From a virus (Duplodnaviria; Caudoviricetes): a DNA stretch of 25,865 bases. The translations under genes were made by a program, and so were the position numbers. Shown here piece by piece: positions 7,236 through 14,280 of this stretch. Location of the stretch: IMG/VR virus record IMGVR_UViG_3300020044_004791, positions 1 to 25,865 of that record; one strand, given 5' to 3'. The stretch's first letter is position 1, and the number at the start of each line of letters is the position of its first letter. The notes beneath the pieces are model-generated. The model ran no database searches and had not been told where the DNA came from. It saw only the letters and a program-made list of their open reading frames with translations.

Positions 7236-7553
7236 TTAAATGTCGTCCCGATCGTCACCGATCAAGCCATTGTTGTAGCGATCAGCCGCTTCATTCTCAG
7301 CCCATAGGTCGAGTTGCTCGGCTACCGCCTCAAAGATCAATTCGCCCAAGCGATGCTTGTCGCCAGTCGCAAGGGCTTGCTCGATCTCAGTCTTTGCCAT
7401 GTGCATGCAATCATTGGCGATGGCATCCACAAAGACATCGAACTTTTTAATGTCATACTCATCCTCAAGCAGTCTCTCGACCTCTTGCTCGATGGCATGA
7501 TCACGCTCTGCCGCTTCCTGATATGGCTGTTCAAGCCAATCGTCGTAGTTCAT
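7236..7553 (-). CDS. Acidic hypothetical early protein
   Basis: 105 aa, very D/E-rich; RBS AAAAGGAGG; first gene after the leftward promoter. Confidence 0.75.
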   Translation of the reverse strand: MNYDDWLEQPYQEAAERDHAIEQEVERLLEDEYDIKKFDVFVDAIANDCMHMAKTEIEQALATGDKHRLGELIFEAVAEQLDLWAENEAADRYNNGLIGDDRDDI

Positions 7554-7570
7554 GATTCCTCCTTTTCGTT

Positions 7571-7617
7571 TATCGCATCGGGTGATACGATGAAGACTAT
7601 TATATCGAGACTATTAC
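7571..7617 (-). promoter_or_regulatory. Leftward early promoter with downstream operator-like palindrome
   Basis: Minus strand GTAATAGTC-tcga-TATAAT (-10 at 7599-7604); 17-bp imperfect palindrome TATCACCCGATGCGATA at 7571-7587. Confidence 0.55.
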
Positions 7618-7620
7618 AGA

Positions 7621-7971
7621 ATGAACACCCTCACATTGACTCTCCCTTACCCCCCATCAGTAAACACTTATTGGGGATTCAAAGGGCATCAACGATTCCT
7701 AACGACTAAAGCAAGACAATTTAAAGCATTGGTGGCTCATGAAGTGAGCCTGACATCAATTAGGTTCGGATCATCACGACTAGAGTTAATCATTGCTCTT
7801 CATGCCCCTGATAAAAGGATCAGAGACATCGACAACATTCTCAAGCCTTTGCTCGATTCATTGGTTCAAGCCAATCTTTTTGATGATGACTCACAAGTAG
7901 ACCTACTGACTATTATGCGGAAAGAGCCATGTAAAGGTGGCAAGGTAATAGTAGTCGTCAAGACTTATTGA
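7621..7971 (+). CDS. rusA: RusA-family Holliday junction resolvase
   Basis: LPYPPSVNTYW, RDIDNILKPLLDSL and FDDDSQV. Confidence 0.93.
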   Translation: MNTLTLTLPYPPSVNTYWGFKGHQRFLTTKARQFKALVAHEVSLTSIRFGSSRLELIIALHAPDKRIRDIDNILKPLLDSLVQANLFDDDSQVDLLTIMRKEPCKGGKVIVVVKTY

Positions 7972-7987
7972 GGGGGTTTCCTTGAAT

Positions 7988-8005
7988 GTAATAGTCCTCT
8001 ATCAT
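7988..8005 (+). promoter_or_regulatory. Putative rightward promoter of replication genes
   Basis: GTAATAGTC-ctc-TATCAT upstream of the RBS at 8020-8032. Confidence 0.45.
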
Positions 8006-8040
8006 TGAGGTTGTCTTCAACCACGAAAAGGACTTTCTCA

Positions 8041-8781
8041 ATGCACTATTTTCAATTCGAGATCAAGGAATGGGTGAGCAATACCGCCCACTTGACCCAC
8101 AACGAGGAGTCAGCCTATTTGAGGCTGATTTGCTATTACTACGATTCAGAGCGACCTCTCCCTCATGATGACTTGGCAATGATTTTTCGTAAGTGTCGAG
8201 TAAATGAAGACCTTGGAAAGTCAATCATGCTTGAGTTCTTTCGGATGGACGGCTCTCTTGGTGCTTGGGTGCATGATCGATGTGATCGAGAGATTGAAAA
8301 GTATCGAGCCAAACATGAGCAAGCATCGAGAGCGGGAAGAGCATCCGCTGAGTCTCGGTTGAACACTCGCTCAACACCCGTTCAACCAATCAATAATCAA
8401 GAATCATCAATCATCAATCAAGAATCAAAGAATCAAAAGAAAAAGACGACTTCCGTCGTCATGCCTGACGGCATCTCTGAATCTGTTTGGCATGATTTCA
8501 TGACATTGAGGAAATCAAAGAAAGCAACCCTTACGGCAACCGCCTTGAAAGGAATTGAAAGAGAAGCCGCTAAAGCAAACATCTCTCTTGAGCAAGCCTT
8601 GAGACATTGTTGTGAGAGAGGATGGGCAGGGTTTAAAGCAGAATGGATTGCTCAAATTCAACCGAATCGGATCAGCCCAACAGTCGAAAAGAATCTCGCC
8701 GCCGCCCGAGCAATTTTTGGAGATGAAAGGAGACTTAACGATGTCAGAACAATCGACCTCGATGTCAAAAAGATTACCTGA
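8041..8781 (+). CDS. DUF1376 (YdaU-like) phage replication initiator
   Basis: MHYFQFEIKEW...TAHLT..EESAYLRLI..YYDSERPL, R(C)DREI..Y and C-terminal WHDFMTLRK/GWAGFKAEW. Start moved to the ATG at 8041 after the RBS. Confidence 0.82.
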   Translation: MHYFQFEIKEWVSNTAHLTHNEESAYLRLICYYYDSERPLPHDDLAMIFRKCRVNEDLGKSIMLEFFRMDGSLGAWVHDRCDREIEKYRAKHEQASRAGRASAESRLNTRSTPVQPINNQESSIINQESKNQKKKTTSVVMPDGISESVWHDFMTLRKSKKATLTATALKGIEREAAKANISLEQALRHCCERGWAGFKAEWIAQIQPNRISPTVEKNLAAARAIFGDERRLNDVRTIDLDVKKIT

Positions 8782-9154
8782 CGCATGGGTTCAAAGAATC
8801 TTTGCCACGATGCAAGGGCATTATGGAACTCGATTTCTCAATATGTGGCGAACGGGTCAGACTCTTCCCGATGGTAACGACGCAGGGGTAGTCAATGCCA
8901 TGAATCATTGGGCAGAGAAACTTGGTTGGTATGTAAATTCGCCCGATACGATCAAAGCCGTGCTTGAGCATCTACCCATTGAGCCGCCCTCTTTGCCTCA
9001 ATTTTCCGAGTTACTTCGTCATGCTTATCGAGAGCCCGTCGTTGCCAAGATCGAGAGAAAATGGACTCAGGAGGAACTTGATGCCAACAAGCAGAGAGTC
9101 AGAGAGATGATGGCAAAACTAAACTTGAGGTCTAAGCATGACCCTTTGGCGTAA
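8741..9154 (+). CDS. Putative replication protein P-like helicase loader / hypothetical
   Basis: Follows the initiator; WVQRIFATMQGHYGTRF and PPSLPQF; RBS AAAGGAG before the ATG at 8741. Confidence 0.55.
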   Translation: MSEQSTSMSKRLPDAWVQRIFATMQGHYGTRFLNMWRTGQTLPDGNDAGVVNAMNHWAEKLGWYVNSPDTIKAVLEHLPIEPPSLPQFSELLRHAYREPVVAKIERKWTQEELDANKQRVREMMAKLNLRSKHDPLA

Positions 9155-9188
9155 GAGACAAATTCTTAATCACGAAAAGGAAAACAAA

Positions 9189-9404
9189 ATGAAAACAATC
9201 AAACTTGCATATTGCGATTACATCGCCCACTTGATCAAAGCAAACTTGATGACTGCTGATCATCATGATTTGAAATTGCTTGAAGAGGTAGGCAAAATTC
9301 AATACGACCTCGGCATTGAAGGTGAATTCAATTCGACTACGAAATCAATTGATGTTATTGACATCAACGACAAAATGTATCGGATCACTATTCAAGAATT
9401 ATGA
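9189..9404 (+). CDS. Hypothetical protein
   Basis: RBS CACGAAAAGGA (9171-9181) precedes the ATG at 9189; the ORF track starts at 9138. Confidence 0.7.
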   Translation: MKTIKLAYCDYIAHLIKANLMTADHHDLKLLEEVGKIQYDLGIEGEFNSTTKSIDVIDINDKMYRITIQEL

Positions 9405-9442
9405 GATGCCAATTACAAAATTAACCACGAAAAGGAATCCCG

Positions 9443-9784
9443 ATGACAAACACAGACCCCGACATCAGCCCATTTAAAGCCCTTGATTTTATTCGAGACA
9501 ACGCCGCCGCCTACGCTCTCGCAAAGGCAAATGTCGTATATATGACTGAATATCGAAAGACGATCAAAGCGACCCTCATGGCATCATGCTCTGAGAAAAC
9601 TGAATCTGCCAAAGAAACTTTTGCTTACTCTCACCCTGATTACAAATTACATCTCTCTGCTCTTCAACAGGCAGTAGGAGAGGCTGAGAGACTTAGATGG
9701 CTCATGATTGCGGCAGAGGCAAAGATAGAAGTTTGGCGATCTCTTGAATCCTCTGCTCGGGCTGAAGGGAGAGCCACCACATGA
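9443..9784 (+). CDS. Helical hypothetical phage protein
   Basis: 113 aa; RBS ACCACGAAAAGGA; Ala-rich helices and AYSHPDY. Confidence 0.75.
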   Translation: MTNTDPDISPFKALDFIRDNAAAYALAKANVVYMTEYRKTIKATLMASCSEKTESAKETFAYSHPDYKLHLSALQQAVGEAERLRWLMIAAEAKIEVWRSLESSARAEGRATT

Positions 9785-10278
9785 TCGGGGTCACATTCTC
9801 AAAGACCGAATTGAGAATTCTGAGAGGGGTTGGAAAACTTCGCTACGAGATTACTTCGGAGCAAGGGGTTGAAATGAAACAAGACCCTCGCAAAGACCCT
9901 GTTCAAATAGCCATTGACGGGGTCTTGACGGAATACGCAGTCGCAAAGTTTCTCAATCTTCACTTTGATCTGAATTGCGATTACCGAAAATTCGGCGCAG
10001 ACTTAATTTCGCATTCAGGAGCATTGATCGATGTGAAGTCGACTGAGACAATGGGCGGGAATCTGAATGCAACAAAGCGTTCTCTCGATAAGCCTGCCGA
10101 CCTTTTCGTCTTGACTGAGATTCGTCCATCTCAAGTTGCCATCGTCGGCTGGATCGGTCGAGATCGGTTTCTTTGTGATGAGAATCTGAAAGATGTAGGT
10201 AACGGTCCTTTTTATTCAATCCCTCAAACAAGGTTGTATCCTTTCTATGAAATCAGAGACAAAGAGGCTATATGGTAA
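9781..10278 (+). CDS. Hypothetical protein, possible PD-(D/E)xK nuclease fold
   Basis: G.LTEYAVAK...ADL...IDVKST pattern; ATGA coupling to the upstream gene. Confidence 0.55.
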   Translation: MIGVTFSKTELRILRGVGKLRYEITSEQGVEMKQDPRKDPVQIAIDGVLTEYAVAKFLNLHFDLNCDYRKFGADLISHSGALIDVKSTETMGGNLNATKRSLDKPADLFVLTEIRPSQVAIVGWIGRDRFLCDENLKDVGNGPFYSIPQTRLYPFYEIRDKEAIW

Positions 10279-10531
10279 AACGGCAGAACTCGGATGCGTC
10301 CTTTGCCTCCATCTTGGAAAGGGAGCGACTCCTGCGGAAGTGCATCACATCAGGAGATTCGGAGGGAAAAGAGACCTCGCTCCCGTTATCCCCTTATGTC
10401 CTGAGCATCATCGAGGCAACACGGGAATACATGGGCTTGGCGCAAAAGGCTTCGAAAAGCGATACGGCATCGATCAAGATTTCCTTTTAGAACTGACGAC
10501 TAGACTAATTCAAAATGCGGAGCATCGATGA
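10247..10531 (+). CDS. Ref-like / HNH-type zinc-binding nuclease
   Basis: LGCVLC, AEVHHIR, VIPLCPEHHRG, GIH and FEKRYG. Confidence 0.8.
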   Translation: MKSETKRLYGKTAELGCVLCLHLGKGATPAEVHHIRRFGGKRDLAPVIPLCPEHHRGNTGIHGLGAKGFEKRYGIDQDFLLELTTRLIQNAEHR

Positions 10532-10952
10532 ACGGGCGTTGACCAGCCGTTCTACGCTCGTCAATGTAAGAGTTCATTGCTCCTTCCATTGAACCCTGCC
10601 ACTTAGTAATGTCCCGAACCGACCATGCCGCACCCCATCTCAAAGCGACGGATTGCTCTCTTCCTGCGATTTTTATTGCCTCGGCAATATCATCGTATAG
10701 GCTAAGTTCCCAAGAGGCTCTCCCATCGATGTAAGCCATCAGATCGACGGCTTTTCCCTCAAGATGTTTACTCTGCATGGTTTGGCTTGCACCCTTTGCG
10801 ACGAGAGCGGCTTGCTCTGCCATCGACCTCACCCCTTGAACGACACCGAAATCAATCTTAGTGATCTCAATAGCCCTAAGAACTACTCTCACCAGCCTGT
10901 CATCGACTCCTTGGAGTTTTTCGAGACTGCGTTGAGAGAGGGCAAAGGTCAT
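10500..10952 (-). CDS. Endolysin, M15-family L-Ala-D-Glu peptidase
   Basis: FALSQRSLEKLQGV, GVRS..EQ..L, SKHL.GKAVD, RWG..W and DAPHFEL. Confidence 0.9.
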   Translation of the reverse strand: MTFALSQRSLEKLQGVDDRLVRVVLRAIEITKIDFGVVQGVRSMAEQAALVAKGASQTMQSKHLEGKAVDLMAYIDGRASWELSLYDDIAEAIKIAGREQSVALRWGAAWSVRDITKWQGSMEGAMNSYIDERRTAGQRPFIDAPHFELV

Positions 10953-11350
10953 GCCACGCCTTTCATCTTTTCGTAAGTCCTCATGCCGCCGATGCCAAGT
11001 AGACCACCAAGAACAGTCATGAGAGTCCCCATATCAAAAGGGATTGCCAAGGCTTGATGCCCGAACGAAATCATGATTTTGTCAACGATCGGAAAAATAA
11101 CGAAGTGCAAGGCAAAAGCCGTGCCGCAAGTCCAGCCGACGAATGGTCGCCATCCTGATTTGAAAAGAGAGTCAGACTTTGCCTCTTCCTGATTGACCAT
11201 AATTTGAGCAATTGAAAGTTGAAAGTCTTGATCATTGACTGCTTTGGCAAGTTCTTCTTTTGCCTTGGCTCTTTCGTTTGCATCAGGAATGATTTTGTCA
11301 AGATTTTTCCCGCCAATATCAATTACTGCAGTAATTGGATCCCATGCCAT
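10949..11350 (-). CDS. Holin (3TM, GTA-type)
   Basis: LDKIIPD, EAKS.SLFKSGWRPFVGW and GLLGIGGMRTYEK. Start MAWDP at 11350 with RBS GGGAG. Confidence 0.85.
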   Translation of the reverse strand: MAWDPITAVIDIGGKNLDKIIPDANERAKAKEELAKAVNDQDFQLSIAQIMVNQEEAKSDSLFKSGWRPFVGWTCGTAFALHFVIFPIVDKIMISFGHQALAIPFDMGTLMTVLGGLLGIGGMRTYEKMKGVA

Positions 11351-11352
11351 TT

Positions 11353-11538
11353 TTATCTCCCAACGTGGGGCACAATAGTTGCCCATATCACGCCAGCCAT
11401 GCCGACTAGCATGACGCCAATTGCCTTTAAGAGTATGCCCTCAAGTCGTTTGAGCCGAGCGTTGATTTGCTCATACCGCATTGCACAAACTTCTTCATGG
11501 ACAGATAACCGAGCATCGGTTGCATCTACTTGTGCCAT
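11353..11538 (-). CDS. Small membrane protein of the lysis region
   Basis: RLSVHEEVCAMRYEQINARLKRLE coiled coil followed by a C-terminal TM helix. Confidence 0.7.
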   Translation of the reverse strand: MAQVDATDARLSVHEEVCAMRYEQINARLKRLEGILLKAIGVMLVGMAGVIWATIVPHVGR

Positions 11539-11546
11539 TTACCACC

Positions 11547-11705
11547 TCATTCCTTTTGTTTAAGTTCCTCAGGCACTTGCGGATCACCTTGCTCTTTAAT
11601 CTTGAGCATGATGTTCATTGCTCCCGATTTGGTAGGGCATTCGCCCAATGCTTCCAAGATGAAATTCACTTCCTCGATGCTAAGTTGTAAATTGATAGTT
11701 GTCAT
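11547..11705 (-). CDS. Hypothetical protein, 52 aa
   Basis: Not in the ORF track. MTTINLQLSIEEVNFILEALGECPTKSGAMNIMLKIKEQGDPQVPEELKQKE; RBS AAAAGGA; fills the gap in the late operon. Confidence 0.72.
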   Translation of the reverse strand: MTTINLQLSIEEVNFILEALGECPTKSGAMNIMLKIKEQGDPQVPEELKQKE

Positions 11706-11722
11706 GTCTTATCCTTTTTAAT

Positions 11723-12082
11723 TTATAGCCAAGATTGAGTTGCTTCATCCCATACATGGTAGCCCCCGTCGTCAGGATATGGCACAGGAGCGAACCATAA
11801 GCAAGACTCAGGATTGAGATTCCATGAGGGATAGGGTTGAGGAGGTATAAAAGCGTTGAGGACTGGGTCGTAGGTAAATTCAAGCCCAGCGTAATTTTTT
11901 CTGAATGCCTTTGACTGATCAGGATCAGGGGTATTTGTATTTGGAATGTAATAAATCCCACCTCTTGTGTTGTATGAGGTCTGATACCACTCGGATGCGT
12001 TGGGCAATCCATCAATGTATGACTGATCGGCAACGATGACATCATCGACGATCCAATTAGTTAAGTGTGCAAAATGACTCAT
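11723..12082 (-). CDS. Tail-fibre-associated hypothetical protein
   Basis: MSHFA, WYQTSYNT, FRKNYAG, AFIPPQPYPSW and APVPYP; follows the glycine-rich genes. Confidence 0.7.
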   Translation of the reverse strand: MSHFAHLTNWIVDDVIVADQSYIDGLPNASEWYQTSYNTRGGIYYIPNTNTPDPDQSKAFRKNYAGLEFTYDPVLNAFIPPQPYPSWNLNPESCLWFAPVPYPDDGGYHVWDEATQSWL

Positions 12083-12999
12083 GCTGTGTATGTCCCCGAT
12101 GAAGTGAAAGTGTGAATTGTGTAACCGCCTGAAGAGGTAACAGTGCCACCAGTCCCTGCTTGTGCTCCAAAATATTTCAAGATCACTATGCCTGATCCCC
12201 CTGCGGAAGACCCGCCGCCTCCACCGCCCCCGCCTGAGTTGATTGCTCCGTCGGTATAAGATGGGTAGCCATTGCCGCCCCCGCCCGAACCACCAGTCCC
12301 TCCGGGAGATGTATAGAAGCCTTGACCGCCGCCACCGCCTGCGTAATAAGTAGCCGTACCGTTAATTGAATATTGCAAGCCAGCCGCACCATTACCGCCA
12401 GTCCAATTATTTCCCCCTGCGTTGGTTGATCCTACTGCGGAAGCACCACCGCCTCCTGCTCCCACTGCGTAAGAACTTGAAGGAGGGCGAGACGGGGCTG
12501 AATAAGGACCACCAGCGAATCCCTGTCCTGATACACCAGTTCCGGGACCATAAGGACCAAACACTAATCCGTCTGATCTCAAGCCATAGTAGCCACCGCC
12601 ACCTGAGCCGCCATTACCAACCGATGATGAGGAAGCACCAAAGCCTCCTCCTGTTGCCGTGTATGAACCAAAAACAGAATTGTTGCCATTGTTAGAACCA
12701 GCCGCCGCTCCAGCACCTACCGTAACTGTGTAAGCAGTTCCCGATAAAACTGATATTGCAGAGCCATTAGGAGTCTTTGGCGTTTCAGCACCATAGTAAA
12801 GAAGTCCTCCCGCACCACCACCACCAGCACTAGAACCGCCGCCGCCAGCAACGACTAGCAATTCAATAGCGTATGTATTCAAAGGCCATAGTGATGCGCC
12901 TTGATATTCTTGTTGCTCCTGAAGACTCCAAACCCCTGTCGCTAATGATTGCGATGGCGTGTTATTTGTCCCAATGATTCCCCCGTTTACTCTTGGCAT
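12079..12999 (-). CDS. Glycine-rich putative receptor-binding/tail protein
   Basis: LVVAGGGG, GGGGAGG, YYAGGGGG, GGSGIVI and YTIHTFTSSGT. Confidence 0.75.
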   Translation of the reverse strand: MPRVNGGIIGTNNTPSQSLATGVWSLQEQQEYQGASLWPLNTYAIELLVVAGGGGSSAGGGGAGGLLYYGAETPKTPNGSAISVLSGTAYTVTVGAGAAAGSNNGNNSVFGSYTATGGGFGASSSSVGNGGSGGGGYYGLRSDGLVFGPYGPGTGVSGQGFAGGPYSAPSRPPSSSYAVGAGGGGASAVGSTNAGGNNWTGGNGAAGLQYSINGTATYYAGGGGGQGFYTSPGGTGGSGGGGNGYPSYTDGAINSGGGGGGGGSSAGGSGIVILKYFGAQAGTGGTVTSSGGYTIHTFTSSGTYTA

Positions 13000-13008
13000 A
13001 TTTTTTCC

Positions 13009-13905
13009 TTAACCGACATAAGTGCCTGAAGACGTAAAAGTATGAATCGAATACCCACCCACTGAAGTGTATGTGCCGCCCGTTCCTCTTTGAGCACCAG
13101 CGTATCTAATGATGACAATGCCTGACCCTCCATTAAGATAAGCACCGCCGCCGCCTCCTGTATTAGCAGTCGCAGAAGTGCCCCCAGCACCGCCGCCGCC
13201 TATGCCTCCACTTCCATAGGGCGAACCACTTGGGTATGTGCCACCACCGCCGCCTCCAGCGTAGTAAGTAGATGTGCCGTTTATAGCGTAAGCCAATCCA
13301 GCACCGCCATCTGCGCCAGCGTAATTTCCTGCGGGTGGTCTTACTGCTGATGCCCCTGCACCGCCACCGCCTCCTGATGGATAGTAAGGAGCGGCGTAAT
13401 AGGATGATGATCCATTCAAGCCTTGCCCTGCCGTCCCCGCACCGCCATAAGACGGATCAGTTCCGTGACCGCCGCCACCGCCTGAGCCGCCAGCAGTTGC
13501 TGTTCCATATCCACCAGCACCACCCGCTAAAGCCGTGAAAGAACCAAAGACAGAGTCCGCTCCTTTTGACCCCGTGCCATTAAAGCCGCCTAAGCCAGCA
13601 CCGCCAGCACCAATCGTGACGGTATAGGATTGCCCTGCGTTAATTGATTGAGCCGCACCATTTGGGGTCTTTGGGGTTTCTGTCCCGTAATAAAGTAATC
13701 CCCCTGCACCGCCGCCTCCATCAATATAGCCACCGCCTCCACCGCCTCCAGCAATGATGAGAAGTTCTGCGTTGTAAGCCATAGTCGGCCACACGCCCAT
13801 ATTCTGAAACTTCTCTTGCTCGGGAAGTCTCCACACGCCTGAAGCCGCAGAAAGGGTCGGGGTATTTTTTGGTCCTACTATGCCCCCGTTAAAACGAGAT
13901 GGCAT
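13009..13905 (-). CDS. Glycine-rich putative receptor-binding/tail protein (paralogue)
   Basis: Same motif series as 12079-12999; start MPSRF overlaps the upstream TGA. Confidence 0.75.
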   Translation of the reverse strand: MPSRFNGGIVGPKNTPTLSAASGVWRLPEQEKFQNMGVWPTMAYNAELLIIAGGGGGGGYIDGGGGAGGLLYYGTETPKTPNGAAQSINAGQSYTVTIGAGGAGLGGFNGTGSKGADSVFGSFTALAGGAGGYGTATAGGSGGGGGHGTDPSYGGAGTAGQGLNGSSSYYAAPYYPSGGGGGAGASAVRPPAGNYAGADGGAGLAYAINGTSTYYAGGGGGGTYPSGSPYGSGGIGGGGAGGTSATANTGGGGGAYLNGGSGIVIIRYAGAQRGTGGTYTSVGGYSIHTFTSSGTYVG

Positions 13906-14279
13906 CAGGAGCAATCCTCATAAGAGCAGACCACTTTCAATCTGTTTGCCGCACTTGCCGTTGCCCCTATTGATCGGTCTTCCTCAATGTAAACATAGGA
14001 ATCTTTGTCAATCACAATCAGCGTAGCCCCCGCAGGAACTACGATCTTGTAAGCAATCTGCGTTGCCGTCCCGCCAATGGCGGCGGCTGAATAGTAGTTG
14101 ATGTCAATCGTCGCACTATTTGTGCCGTCTGAATTGGCGACATAAAGAGAATTGATTTTTAAAACTTTTCCCGATGACGCCGCATTGCTTACGACTGCAG
14201 TTGCTGATGTGGTTGAAAGATTGACGGTCACCGCCTTGCCTGTGATCGTCGTTAAGTTTGCGATATTTGGTGCCGCCAT
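13905..14279 (-). CDS. Beta-rich virion/tail adaptor protein
   Basis: MAAPNIANL, KVLKINSLYVAN and VVCSYE; RBS GGAGG before the ATG at 14279. Confidence 0.7.
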   Translation of the reverse strand: MAAPNIANLTTITGKAVTVNLSTTSATAVVSNAASSGKVLKINSLYVANSDGTNSATIDINYYSAAAIGGTATQIAYKIVVPAGATLIVIDKDSYVYIEEDRSIGATASAANRLKVVCSYEDCS

Positions 14280-14280
14280 G

